Below, piece after piece: positions 43,530 to 56,185 of a DNA stretch of 64,000 nucleotides. The DNA is from Octopus sinensis (taxonomy: Eukaryota): contig NC_042999.1 in the NCBI RefSeq assembly GCF_006345805.1, positions 55,614,001 to 55,678,000 of the forward strand, in the 5' to 3' direction. A program made the position numbers and the translations under genes. The notes beneath the pieces are model-generated. The model was not told the DNA's origin and made no database searches. It worked only from the letters and a program-made list of their open reading frames with translations. Each line of letters opens with the position of its first letter. The stretch's first letter is position 1.

Positions 43530-43810
43530 CATATATGCATATGTGGGCACAAGACGTCACGAAACGTGTACAACAAAAAGAAAACGAAGTACGAGTACAT
43601 GGAATATGAAGTATTTTTTCGAACAACGAAAGACACAAGTGGAAAACAAATCAAACAACGTAAAGAACGACACTTCATCAGTTGTTGGCTGTTTTTCTAC
43701 TGTCGTATTTCGAGCGTTTAACAACAATATACGCTTTCGATAAAACAGTTGTTCCCGCAAAGCAAATTAAATAAAATTTGGGATTTTGCGGAGGGTCAAA
43801 ATTGGTAGCA
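43530..43810. mobile_element. Interspersed repeat family W
   Basis: Homologous to 9890-10140; the TTCCCGCAAAGCAAATTAAATAAAATTTGGGATTTT block is shared with the copy near 59225. Confidence 0.65.
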
Positions 43811-43939
43811 AATATATAACATATATAACTGAGTGTGTGCGTGTGTGCGCGCGTATATGTGCGCGCGTATATGTGCGTGTGTGTGTATACGTATGTATAT
43901 TTGTTTGCGTTCCTTAATCAATGATAGTGAAGCAAGACC

Positions 43940-44150
43940 ATGAGGGGTTTTTGAAAAGTTTCTGGCTTTAATGGTGCCACGAAGGGCCTGGCTGGAGGCC
44001 CAACATTCCGAGTTCTTTTACAGGGCTTAGTAAAATTGAAGGACCTCTGCAATGAGTACATGAATCTGAGAGGGGAATATGGTGAATACAGTGATTAACT
44101 GATCCGCCTATATTTTCTTTCACCCAAAGCCAAGGACTTTTCACACACGC
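43940..44150 (+). mobile_element. Mariner deletion derivative
   Basis: TIR-like GAGGGGTTTTTGAAAAGTTTCTGGCTTT and AAAGCCAAGGACTTTTCA; short remnant resembling a transposase C-terminus. Confidence 0.55.
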
Positions 44151-44205
44151 ACCCACCTCCGCCGTATAGTTTTGTCTTTCTATATTCCATTAGACTAGTC
44201 TATCG

Positions 44206-44544
44206 TGGATCGCGGTTTCGATTACCAGACCGGGCGTTGTGAGTGTTTATTGAGCGAAAACACCTAAAAGCTCCACGAGGCCCCGGTAGAGGGTGGTGGC
44301 GAACCCTGCTGTACTCTTTCACCACAACTTTCTCTCACTCTTTCTTCCTGTTTCTGTTGTACCTGTATTTCAAAGGGTCAGCCATGTCATACTCTGTGTC
44401 ACGTTGAATCTCCCCGAGAACTACGTTAAGGGTACACGTGTCTGTGGAGTGCTCAACCACTTACATGTTAATTTCACGAGCAGGCTGTTCCGTTGATCGG
44501 ATCAACTGGAACCCTCGTCGTCGTAACCGACGGAATACCACGTT
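44206..44544 (+). mobile_element. 5'-truncated tRNA-headed SINE (family C head, different 3' body) with 17-bp TSD
   Basis: TSD ATTAGACTAGTCTATCG (44189-44205) / ATTAGACTAGTTTATCG (44545-44561). Confidence 0.88.
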
Positions 44545-44672
44545 ATTAGACTAGTTTATCGATCCCATTAGACAAATCTGTAGTCACCCCCCCCCCCATC
44601 CAGTAAGCCGGTCTTTACAGGTCCCGTTAGATCGACGAGGAAGATATATCTACTGTTTAACTTCTACCTCTG

Positions 44673-45010
44673 TTATTATTCGTGGCACTCCGTCGGTTGC
44701 GACGACGAGGGTTCCAGCTGATCCAATCAACGGAACAGCCTGCTCGTGAAATTAACATGTAACTGGCTGAGCACTCCACAGACACGTGTACCCTAAACGT
44801 AGTTCTCGGGGCCCTTTGAAATACAGGTACAACAGAGACTGAAAGAAAGAGTGAAATAGTACAGCAGGGCTCGCCACTACCCCTTACCGGAGCCTCATGG
44901 AGCTTTAGGTGTTTCGCTCAATAAACACTCACAACGCCCAGTCTGGGAATCGAAACCGCTATCCTACGACCGCAAGTCCGACGCCCTAACCACTGGGCCA
45001 TTGCGCCTCC
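44673..45010 (-). mobile_element. Same SINE subfamily in opposite orientation
   Basis: Reverse complement of 44206-44544 with an intact GGAGGCGCAATGGCCCAG head. Confidence 0.88.
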
Positions 45011-45104
45011 ACAGTGTGTTATTATACATATTAAATATATGCAAGTGTTCGAGTATATTGCCGAAAAGTTTGATCCATAAATCATTACTTTCCCTTGCGT
45101 GGCA

Positions 45105-45271
45105 CAGGCCTGGCTGAGTGCAAAGAAGCTTCCCTTCCAACCACGTGGTTCCGGGTTCAGTCCCACTGCGTGACATTTTGGGCAAGTGTCTTCTACTATA
45201 GCTCCAAGCTGACCAAAGCCTTGTGAGTGGATTTGGTAGTCAGAAACTGAAAGAAACCCATCGATGTGTGT

Positions 45272-45320
<49 letters not shown>

Positions 45321-45535
45321 TTTGTCCCCCCCGCCCCCCATGATCGCTTGACCACCGGTGTTGAAATATTTACATCCTTGTAACCTAGCGACTTGACAAG
45401 AGAGACCGACAGAATAAGTACCAGGCTTTTTTTTTTTAATGAATAAGTACCGTAATCGATTTATTCAACTAAAAATTCTTCAAGGCGGTACCCCAGAATG
45501 GCCGCAACCCAGTCACTGAAACATGTACAAGAAAG
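45105..45535 (+). mobile_element. SINE family A (diverged)
   Basis: GGTTCCGGGTTCAGTCCCACTGCGTG...TTGGGCAAGTGTC core and 3' half. Confidence 0.8.
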
Positions 45536-45987
45536 GTTACGTGGAAATGCGTTTCTATTTTCTATGAAGCGTTAACAACTGAGTTATTTCCTGGCCATTT
45601 TATGGAAACCTATCCTTTCAGACATAGTTCTTTTGCTATGATATTCAAATGTGGCCAACACAAAAGGTTCTGACATTAGCATTTGTAAAGCGTCTCCTTT
45701 ATCTGATGTGTGTAGTTCTTAAATGAGGACGGTACCCAAGGTGTGTTTTTTTAGTAATGTGTAGTGAATATGACACGGGGCTGTTGAATCAGATTAGGAG
45801 GTCGCATTGTCATTGCAAATGTTTAAAGGCCTTTGTTTATAGAACTGGTGTGTCTGGGTTGCGATAGATGACGCCACTGTGGGAACGGTTATGAGGGAGA
45901 AGTATGTGTTGCTGTTGTTGTTTAACCTCAGGTCAACGTTAATCAAACGGAATTACAAAGACACTCCAGCCGTGACCATACAGCCTG

Positions 45988-46026
<39 letters not shown>

Positions 46027-46419
46027 ACTAGAATCTCATTATTCAACATGTCCTTCTTTATGCTATGGAGAAGTGAACTCTGAGGAAGATTTAGCTGTTA
46101 TTTCAAGTAAGTAGAATGACTAAATGCTCCTTCAATGGCTTCTGAAGGGTTGTTGTTGTTGTTGCTGCTGCTGCTGCTGTTGTTGTTGTTGTTGTTATTG
46201 TTAAATAGCTCCTGATCGACTGAAGGAATAAACCTTTGATTAAACGTTTCCCATCCGTGACCATCTTGTCTTTTGTGTATCAAAGACGACATTGTTCAAT
46301 GGACCTGTCTTTTATTTTAAGCCCGAACGGTGCGATTTAAGGGACATTTGGCTGCTCTTTCAAGGCAGCACATGAAGAGTGCAGCCTGTGTGTGTGTATT
46401 TGTGTGTGAGCGTGTGTGT

Positions 46420-46467
<48 letters not shown>

Positions 46468-47594
46468 TATCGTATGGCGTGACATCGAGCTTAGGTAGGG
46501 AAGAAAGAGTGAGGGGAACACAACTGATCCTTAGAGTAGACAAAAGTTATTGAAAGAAAGAAAGGAAGGAAGGAAGGAAAGAAGGAAAGAAGGAAGGAAG
46601 GAAGGAAGGAAGGAAGGAAGGAAGGAAGGGAAGGAAGGAAGGAAGGGAAGGAATGGAGGGAAGGAGGGAGGAAGGAAAGAAGAAAGAATGGGAGACACAT
46701 TGAGGGAGTAGTAATGAAATCTATTTAAATAGGGGAGCAAAGAAAGGGAGCAAATACGTGTGTTTGCGCACGTGTGTGTGCATTGTATGTATGGGGGCGG
46801 GTTGGAGTTTGTGTTAGCTGCATATGTGTGTCTATGTGTGTGTATGTGCATGTATAAGTGTATGTGTAACTTTCTCTCTCCCTTTGTGTGTTTGTGAGGA
46901 AGAGGCAGTATGACTCTGTCTACATATTTAAGGTCTTTCAAAGATGTTGACGATGTTAATTCACTTTGGTACTTGTGACTCCCTGTACTCTCTGTCTATA
47001 TGTAAATACAAAAAGGTGTATTACGTGTGGTAATTAGGTGTAACAAAGTGGTAGGTATGTGGAGTATTCGAGATTATCTTTTCATCTCTGTCAACCCGTA
47101 AATTCCTCTCCCTTTGAAGTTAAATACCTTAACGCAATTTGAGATTAATATTTTCGTTACCTACTGCCTTCGTAAATTTCCGTAATGAGAGGCGTATGTG
47201 CAGCCCTCGGGAGCCTTTTTAGGGTCATCATCGCTGATGGAGCGAAATGAGGCAAACCCCATGGTCCTTTTAGTATCGTCATGACGGATGAGACGAAGTG
47301 GGGGGGGGGGATTATCCTCAAACCAGAGAATTGCCCGAGTGGAACTCAACTGCTATCTTCCAAGGAACAGTAGAAAGTATTATACGGCGGAATAAACCAG
47401 AAAATTACATTGATGTTTAACCTAAGGCCAACCTGGACCAAACAGACTTGTATATCAGGGACTCTGTTGCCCAAACTATCCGACTTCTTCCTCTAAGAGA
47501 GTTGGATGAGATTAGAAAAATATTTTTGCTGACTTTTTAGTATTTCGTGCGACCACGTGGAGTTTCTCCCGGTGGCCTGTAAATTATGATTGTG

Positions 47595-47657
<63 letters not shown>

Positions 47658-47658
<1 letters not shown>

Positions 47659-47911
47659 TATGTTTGACTTTTGCTTTATATTTGTACAAGTTGGCTCCAA
47701 GTCTCACCCAGAGACCTCAAGAGACAACAGGTTGGAAGTTCATGTTGTTATGCCTAGTGTGCCATATATTTGGGGGGGGGGTTGTACTAATGAATGTCTA
47801 AAAAAAAATTTTTTTTTTTAATTTTTTTTTAAAAACCGAAAATTATGTGTTTTAAACCTTGAGATTACATAGAAAGTATTTTGCGTAGGATATGAGCAGT
47901 TCCCATGAGCA
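47658..47911 (-). mobile_element. R4/Dong-like RLE retrotransposon 3' end (a), in (AAT)n
   Basis: LMGTAHILRKILSM* then 3' UTR; (ATT)n on both flanks. Confidence 0.85.
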
Positions 47912-47966
<55 letters not shown>

Positions 47967-47969
<3 letters not shown>

Positions 47970-48550
47970 TAGTTTTATTTTTATAGCGTGCTTTCACTTC
48001 ACTACCGAGCGCAGCTCTGTGTGCCTTGGGTATGTGCTGTGATTTGTTGTGATGCTCTGATGATTATTGTATGGAAAGTGTAGGATGTATGCAGTGCCTA
48101 GTAGTGCAATTTTCTTTATGTTATATGTGCTTGCAAGTCCTGGTGTTTTTGTTATGTATTTGTCTGAATATTTTTTTATCATGCCTAATGCACCTACTAT
48201 GATAGGAATTGTTTCTGTTTTTAGATTCCACATTCTGGTTACCTCTATTTCCAGGTCTTTGTATTTTGAAAGTTTCTCCATTTCTTTTAGAGACACGTTG
48301 TCATCTGCCGGTATTGATACATCAATTAGAAAGCATTTTTTTCTTCGTGATCTCTGACAACTATATCTGGTCTGTTGGCCTTAATTTCTCTATCTGTGTG
48401 TATCGGCATATCCCAGAGTATGGTTGCTTTCTCGTTTTCTGTGACCTTTTCTGGTATGTGCCTATACCATCTTTTTTCTGTTGTTATTCCATAATGTTGG
48501 CATAGCTTCCAGTGTATGTAGGTTCCAACTCTGTCGTGTCTGTGAATCTT
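47967..48550 (-). mobile_element. R4/Dong-like RLE retrotransposon 3' end (b)
   Basis: RHDRVGTYIHW...ILWD...RPDIVV...LIDVSIP...KEMEKLSKYKDL...IPIIVGALG (RLE endonuclease). Confidence 0.92.
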
Positions 48551-48576
48551 CCTTCTTCTTCTTCTTCTTCTTCTTC

Positions 48577-48626
<50 letters not shown>

Positions 48627-48648
48627 GTTATTGTTATTATTATTATTA

Positions 48649-48692
<44 letters not shown>

Positions 48693-48700
48693 TATTATTA

Positions 48701-48772
<72 letters not shown>

Positions 48773-48854
48773 CATTATTATTATTGTTGTTGTTGTTATT
48801 GTTGTTGTTATTATCATTATTATAATTATCATCATCATTATTATTATTATTAAA

Positions 48855-49057
48855 GCAGTGAGCTGACAGGATTGTTAGCACACCAGGCAAAACGCTTAGC
48901 GGTATCTCATCCGTCTTTATGTTCTGAGTTCAAATTCTGCCATGGTCGACGTTGCCTTTCGAGATCGATAAAATAAGTACCAGCTGAGTACTGGAATCAA
49001 TGTAATTGACTTATCCCCTCCCCCAAACTTGCTGGCCTTGTGCCAACAGTAGAAACC

Positions 49058-49060
<3 letters not shown>
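48855..49060 (+). mobile_element. SINE family B in (ATT)n
   Basis: GCAGTGAGCTGACAGG head and GATAAAATAAGTACCAG core. Confidence 0.75.
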
Positions 49061-49142
<82 letters not shown>

Positions 49143-49170
49143 CGTTATTATCATCATTATTATTATCATT

Positions 49171-49567
49171 GCCTTTGCACAGCTTCTAACGCTGGAGATG
49201 TACTACATTGTCAGCTGTTCGCTACCTGTGAACTAAGGTAATACCCCTTATTTTTCGAGCACCTTCCGGAGTATTCCAGCGGTTCCAAGCAGTGCTGTTT
49301 TCTGCAAGTGCTCCACCCTTATTGCAGCCCCTATTTGTTCCACGTACTTCTCGAGATTTTTGCTCACTGTTCTCAGGGCTCCGACAATTATTGGTATTAA
49401 TGCTACCTTTTTCATCGACCGCAACTGCTTAACCTCCCAAGCTAACCTGTCATATCTCTTGACTTTTCTTTCTTCCTTCTCGCATATCTAGTTGTCAGCT
49501 GGGCATACTATATCTATGATCCAGCATAGTTTGTTTTCTTTCTCAATTAAGACTATGTCCGGCTTCC

Positions 49568-49568
<1 letters not shown>
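49171..49568 (-). mobile_element. R4/Dong-like RLE retrotransposon 3' end (c)
   Basis: RKPDIVLIEKENKLCWIIDIVCP...KRYDRL...IPIIVGAL...LQKTALLGTAGILRKVLEK*. Confidence 0.9.
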
Positions 49569-49627
<59 letters not shown>

Positions 49628-49666
49628 CATCATTATTATTATTAATTATTATTATTATTATTATTA

Positions 49667-49716
<50 letters not shown>

Positions 49717-49717
49717 A

Positions 49718-49773
<56 letters not shown>

Positions 49774-49777
49774 CATT

Positions 49778-50130
49778 CTATGTTTGACTTTTGCTTTATA
49801 TTTGTACAAGTTGGCTCCAAGTCTCACCCAGAGACCTCAAGAGACAACAGGTTGGAAGTTCATGTTGTTGTGATGCATAGTGTGCCATATATTTGGTTTT
49901 GTATTTAGTGTTGTACTAGTGAATGTCTAAAAAAAAACGAAAATTATGTTTGTTTTAAAACTTGAGATTACATAGGAAGTATTTTGCGTAGGATATGAGC
50001 AGTTCCCATGAGCACTATCTTTTGAATTTCTGCCATTTTGGGGTTTCCAGGTATCTGGGTAAGGTAGCAATCAGCCCCTTTTGCTATCATTCCCAGGGCA
50101 CCTATGACAACAGGTATTGTTTTACTCTTA
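49778..50130 (-). mobile_element. R4/Dong-like RLE retrotransposon 3' end (d), same subfamily as (a)
   Basis: TIPVVIGALGMI...IQKIVLMGTAHILRKILPM*; 3' UTR nearly identical to (a) and same terminus. Confidence 0.9.
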
Positions 50131-50167
50131 GTTTTATTTAGTTTAGTTTTGTTTTGTTTTTGTTTTG

Positions 50168-50237
<70 letters not shown>

Positions 50238-50794
50238 GAGTGAGAGAGCAGTGCATGCTATCAAAGTGACACTGGGGTAAAATATACGAAGCCTAGTATA
50301 CCCATCATGACTATCCGCCTGATAAGAGTACACTAGGCACATGCATCACAACCATATGAGCGCGACATGGTGAACTCATATCAAAATAAATAGCACATGA
50401 CCTTGCAGGTGGGACCCAGTAAGAATTTTTTTCTGGTCGAGTAACCCATCTTACTCATAAGGTTCCTGAATAAGGGTTGTTTAAGGAGGTTGAACGAAAC
50501 ACCCATGTTTCCAGTGGGGAATTATTCAAACCCCAAAGAATCCCTCTCAACACATGGCTATGATGCTCCCCCACTACTTCTGCTCGTGATCAGAGATGCA
50601 CATATCGTCAGTCACTAAGGGACATGCTCAACTGGTTAAGGTCAAGCAACTGACAAACAAATCTGTGGTATTGAGCAGAATATTTGCTGTAACCCATATT
50701 TTATACCAAGACAAAACAATGTACATGATAACACTTCAAATCAATTATGATTAGAAGCCATGAGAGCCACTGCCTGATACTGCAACAGGGCTTT
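50238..50794 (-). mobile_element. Non-coding (AAT)n-linked repeat, SINE-like
   Basis: Two other partial copies at 50972 and 52316; all flanked by ATT/CAT repeats. Confidence 0.75.
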
Positions 50795-50867
50795 ATTATC
50801 ATCATCATCATCATTATCATAATCATCATTATCATCATCATCATTATCATCATCATCATTATCATCA

Positions 50868-50910
<43 letters not shown>

Positions 50911-50912
50911 CA

Positions 50913-50971
<59 letters not shown>

Positions 50972-51239
50972 GAGAGGTGAATTATCCAAACCTCCAAGAA
51001 TTCCTCTCAACACATGGTTATGATGTTGCACCACTACTTCTGGTCGTGATCAGAGATGTACATATCGTCAGCCACTAAGGGACATGCTCAACTGGTTAAG
51101 GTCAAACAACTGACCAGCAAATCTGTGGCATTGAGCAGAATATCTGCTGTAGCCCATCTTTTATATCAAGACAAAACAATGTACATGATAACACTTCCAA
51201 TCTGTTAAGATAAGAAGCCATGAGAGCCACTGCCTGATA

Positions 51240-51240
<1 letters not shown>
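50972..51240 (-). mobile_element. Non-coding (AAT)n-linked repeat, partial
   Basis: Matches roughly 50520-50780. Confidence 0.75.
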
Positions 51241-51274
<34 letters not shown>

Positions 51275-51276
<2 letters not shown>

Positions 51277-51936
51277 TTTTTTTTTCTTCTTTCAAATTTG
51301 CTTCCATTTCTTGCCGAGTGTCTCCCCGACTCCTAGGGCAAAGAAATTCATAGTATACATTGGTAGGCCATTAAACCAAACTCAATAGTTCGTTCATTAA
51401 AAAAAAAATTTTTTTTTAAGTTAAATTAAAATACATGAGCAGCAACAGTTCTCACATCGACAATGCTCTTCTCAATTCGTGTGATGTACCAGTTAAGACA
51501 ATCTTTTGCACTTCTTGCAGGGATGGTAAGCCAGGGATCATTCTCATATAATTTTCGGTTCCCTTCTTGATCATTCCTAGTGCTCCTACGATCACTGGTA
51601 TTGTAACCGCCTTGAGATGCCACATTTTCTCAATTTCAATGAGTAGGTCTTTATATTTTCTGAGCTTGTCAAACTCTTTCACTGAGATATTATGATCACA
51701 GGGGATGTTCATGTCGATCAATAAGCAAACTTTATTGTTTTGGTCTTTCACAACAATATCTGGTTTATTGGCTTTGATGGTTCGGTCTGTATATACTGGA
51801 AAGTCCCACAGAATCGTTACATTTTCTCCTTCAGTTACAGCCTCAGGGTGGTGATTATACCACTTGTCGGCAGTTTTGATATTGTAATGCCGACTTATTA
51901 GCCAGTGTAGATATTGGCCAACTCTGTCATGTCTTA
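51275..51936 (-). mobile_element. R4/Dong-like RLE retrotransposon 3' end (f)
   Basis: RHDRVGQYLHWLISRHYN...ILWDFP...KPDIVV...LIDMNIP...KYKDL...IPVIVGALG...RRALSM*, open throughout. Confidence 0.92.
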
Positions 51937-52138
51937 TTGTAATGCCGACTTATTAGCCAGTGTAGTTGTAATGCCGACTTATTGGCCAGTGTAGTTGTAA
52001 TGCCGACTTATTAGCCAGTGTAGTTGTAATGCCGACTTATTAGCCAGTGTAGTTGTAATGCCGACTTATTAGCCAGTGTAGTTGTAATGCCGACTTATTA
52101 GCCAGTGTAGTTGTAATGCCGACTTTTTAGCCAGTGTA

Positions 52139-52139
<1 letters not shown>
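51937..52139. repeat. 7 x 29-bp minisatellite derived from element (f)
   Basis: Unit TTGTAATGCCGACTTATTAGCCAGTGTAG; source copy at 51882-51910. Confidence 0.95.
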
Positions 52140-52206
<67 letters not shown>

Positions 52207-52222
52207 CATCATCATCATTATC

Positions 52223-52254
<32 letters not shown>

Positions 52255-52256
52255 TA

Positions 52257-52315
<59 letters not shown>

Positions 52316-52437
52316 GAGTGTGAGAGCAGTGCATGCCATCAAAGTGACACTGGGGTAAAATATACGAAGCCCAGTATACCCATAATGACTACCCGTCTGA
52401 TAAGGGTACACCAGGCACATGCATCACAACCATATGT
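52316..52437 (-). mobile_element. Non-coding (AAT)n-linked repeat, terminal fragment
   Basis: Matches roughly 50238-50360 with the same junction to (ATT)n. Confidence 0.75.
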
Positions 52438-52591
52438 GATGCAGATTCACTTTAATTTTAGTATACTCTGAGAATGATTTTCAAAGAAAAATATGGGTGA
52501 GAAGAAGGAATTTCAGAGGATGGCAGTTACGGAGAAAAATGAATTGTATGGGGAACGAAAAACAGTAGGGACAATGAGAGGAGAGGCAAAT

Positions 52592-52649
<58 letters not shown>

Positions 52650-52710
52650 CATTATTATTATTATTATTGTTATTGTTTTTGTTATTGTTTTTGTTATTGT
52701 TGTTGTTTTG

Positions 52711-53438
52711 ATTCATGCTGTTCTATTTGCGGTTGTTCTTTACTTGAAAGCAGGCAACAACAAATCACCAAAGGTTTTAAGTAGTGCCTTCTCCTGTGAT
52801 TCAAAGAGACAATACTCTACTTAGAATGCGAGCTGTACCCAACAATGCTGTCTTCTGGATCACCTCGAGCCTTACAGCAGCTCCAATATTCTTAATATGT
52901 TTCTCAAAGCCCTTGGAAACTGTTCCTAATGCTCCAATTACGATTGGTATCACCATTCCTTTCCTCATGCCTCATAACTTTCCTATCTCGCCCCGCAATG
53001 GCTGATATTTCTCAATCTTTTCTATTTCCTTACATTTCACTCTCGAATCGCCTGGTGTTGCAACATCTATTATCCTTACTTCTTTTTCATCTTTATAGAT
53101 GATCACGATATCTGGTCGTCTCGCCTCTATGCATGTTAAAATCCCAGAGTATTTTATAATGTTCGCTTTTTATTGCTCCCTCTGACTTGTGCTCATATCA
53201 TAGTCCGGCTCTCTTGGGGTTTGCTTTACTGCACAACAGCCAGTAGACATATCTGGCCACATTGTCGGGTCTTCTTTTATATTCGTATGGCTTATACTTT
53301 CTCCTTTCTCAGAGAACATCCTACACTGTAGCGAGTCAGTGCTTTTATCAATGGGATATTTGGAGCAGTTTGTTCTGAGAGCTTATTCTTGAACGCTGCT
53401 CACTAGTGCTTCAGTGTACTCTTTTAAGTCTCCTTTCT
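52711..53438 (-). mobile_element. R4/Dong-like RLE retrotransposon 3' end (g), degenerate
   Basis: QCRM..(zinc finger remnant)..YKRRPDNVARY...EARRPDIVI...IIDVATP...EKIEKYQPL...IPIVIGALG...QKTALLGTARIL. Confidence 0.88.
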
Positions 53439-53462
53439 TTATTATTATTACTATTATTATTA

Positions 53463-53800
53463 CGTGATGAAAACTCTCAGCTTATTTTGCTGGGTATGAT
53501 GGAAAGTGTCAGCTGTCCACAGCCAGCAGACTAGGTGACACTTGTTTACTGGTCATGCTTCAAGAACCCTGTGAAGAATTCTTGAAGTTCCCAGCAATGC
53601 TAATTTTTGTAGGTGTTCTACCTTCACACTTGCACCGATCTTTTTCAGCCATGTTGGTAGTTGAGTGCTGATACTTCCAAGTGCACCAATTATCATTGGT
53701 ATCATGTCTACTCTCTTCATTGACCACAACCTTCGTATTTCCCACTTCAAATCATCATAGTTGTTTATTTGTTCTTCTTTCACATTAATCCTGTTGCCTA
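53463..53800 (-). mobile_element. R4/Dong-like RLE retrotransposon 3' end (h)
   Basis: KEEQINNYDDLKWEIRRLW...IPMIIGALG...LQKLALLGTSRILHRVLEA*. Confidence 0.88.
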
Positions 53801-53814
53801 TAATTATATTATTA

Positions 53815-53863
<49 letters not shown>

Positions 53864-53939
53864 GGTTGTGTGCTGGCAGAATAGTTAGAGAGTCGGAAAA
53901 TTAATATACTCTATTACTCTTATATTCTTGCATAACGAC

Positions 53940-54270
<331 letters not shown>

Positions 54271-56014
54271 TGTATATCAGGAATGTGGGTTAATATCACT
54301 AAATGTTGATCTGAAGATACGGTGAAACTAACAGTTGTAATAACGTCGATGGTTAATCAAGCTTTCGAATAAAGTGAGTCGACCCGACATTTGTTTATAT
54401 TGCGTTCTCCATTGGTTGAACTTTATTTCCCGCATTTGTATATGTGTATATGGGTGTGTATGGATGGGTGGACGAGCGTGAGTGTGTGTATAAATACATT
54501 TGTATAAAAATATAAATATATGTATTTCCTAGGATATATATACATACATATACATACATATACATATATATATATATATGATAATGTTGATTTATATTAA
54601 CATACTTAAGTAGGTACAACCCATCCCACTTTTAATTCCTACACGTGTGTATACGTATAAATATTTATGTAGATGTACATACACACACACACTTATACAC
54701 ACATATATAAATATAAATATAAATACAAATAAATATTTTCACAAACATTTGTATATACAAGACTAACATCCAAAGAAATTATTACAACCGTACATGCATA
54801 CATGCATACATGCATAGATATATATATATATACACACAGATATATAGGTGTGATGTATATATACATACATACATATATATACATATGCATACGCATAAAC
54901 CCCAGTGCACACTTGACATCCTCTGGCTGAGACTTTTGGGTAGAAGAACTGAAGTAATTGGAAACAGTTTAATTTCATGCGTAAAATAAAAATCTTAAGT
55001 AGATTTATTTTTTTAATCCTTCTGTTTCTTACGAATTTTTTTCACTTTATTTTACTTATTTTATTTATTTGTTTTTCGAAAATGTGCATTTTACTAATTA
55101 TTTGACGCCAATCAACATAAAAATTTTCTACAGAATCAGCATTTTGAAATTTTTGGTTATGTGGTGGGGTATCATCTTTCCTTGAAATCTAATATTTTAT
55201 TATAGAATTAGATAATCCTGTTTTATAGAGTGGGATTATCTGCTAGACCAGCTTCAACCTGTGAAGAAAGAAAGAACTAAAAAGACCTGAAGTGTTTATC
55301 AAAGGAGGAGGATACAGATATAAGAATGAGACTATTGGTCATAGAATGAAGTGAAACGGTTTTAGCTGGGAATGAAAACAGCTTGAACGTTCTTTGCTTC
55401 TGTCTTCTCCAGAAGTTTTAGGACAGAATTACGGGAGTCAAGTGATTGAGAGCAATTAGACCTTGCTCCACTATGTGGATATTTCACAGACGTTTTGTCA
55501 TCTATATTAAACCTGGAGGTAGAAAACCCAACAAGGAAGGCATCTGTTTTCGAAACGTTAGCCAAACTTGCCTCAAATTACACTCTGTTATCCTTGAAAT
55601 AGAGGGCTCTTCGGGTAGTGTTGTCCTAGATACATGATGCCCAAGAAAGGGGCGGGGTGCTTATGATTGGAACATTATTGGACGTTGGACGTAGAGCTGA
55701 GCAGGGACTAAGCGATAACAACTGTAATATCAAGCAGTACTTATTGCGAGTCATTTGAATCGTGACTCATAGTCTTACTTACTCATGACTCCACTGGCTC
55801 ATAGTATAGTACTGCATGATATTGTTGACGAATAATATTACTGCTATATGACATAATTGTCACACGACGCACGTCATTATTGCAATATGACATCACTGCT
55901 ATATGACATTACTGACACTATAAAGACTATCTAACTACTTAGCTGTCATAACTGTCACATGACATCAGTGCTATATGACATTACTGACAAATGACATTAT
56001 TGTTCTGCGATACG

Positions 56015-56185
56015 GTATTTCGTCTGTCTTCACGTTCTTTGTTCAAATTCCGCCGAAGTCGACTTTGCCTTTCATCCTTTCGGGGTTGATAAATTAAGTA
56101 CCAGTTGCGTACTGGAGTCAATCTAATCGACTGGGCCTCTCCCCCAAAATTTCGGACCTTGTGCCTAGAGTAGAAAAGATTATTG
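56015..56185 (+). mobile_element. SINE family B, 5'-truncated
   Basis: GTTCAAATTCCGCCGAAGTCGACTTTGCCTTTCATCCTTTCGGGG core. Confidence 0.8.

Noticed and set aside
45560-45830. Weak CR1-like translation on the minus strand
   Set aside because: Too degenerate for the motifs to be aligned confidently.
51937-52139. 29-bp repeats as a CRISPR array
   Set aside because: There are no spacers, and the unit is a copy of adjacent retrotransposon coding sequence.
55330-55640. Protein-like open stretches
   Set aside because: No recognisable domain or splice signals.
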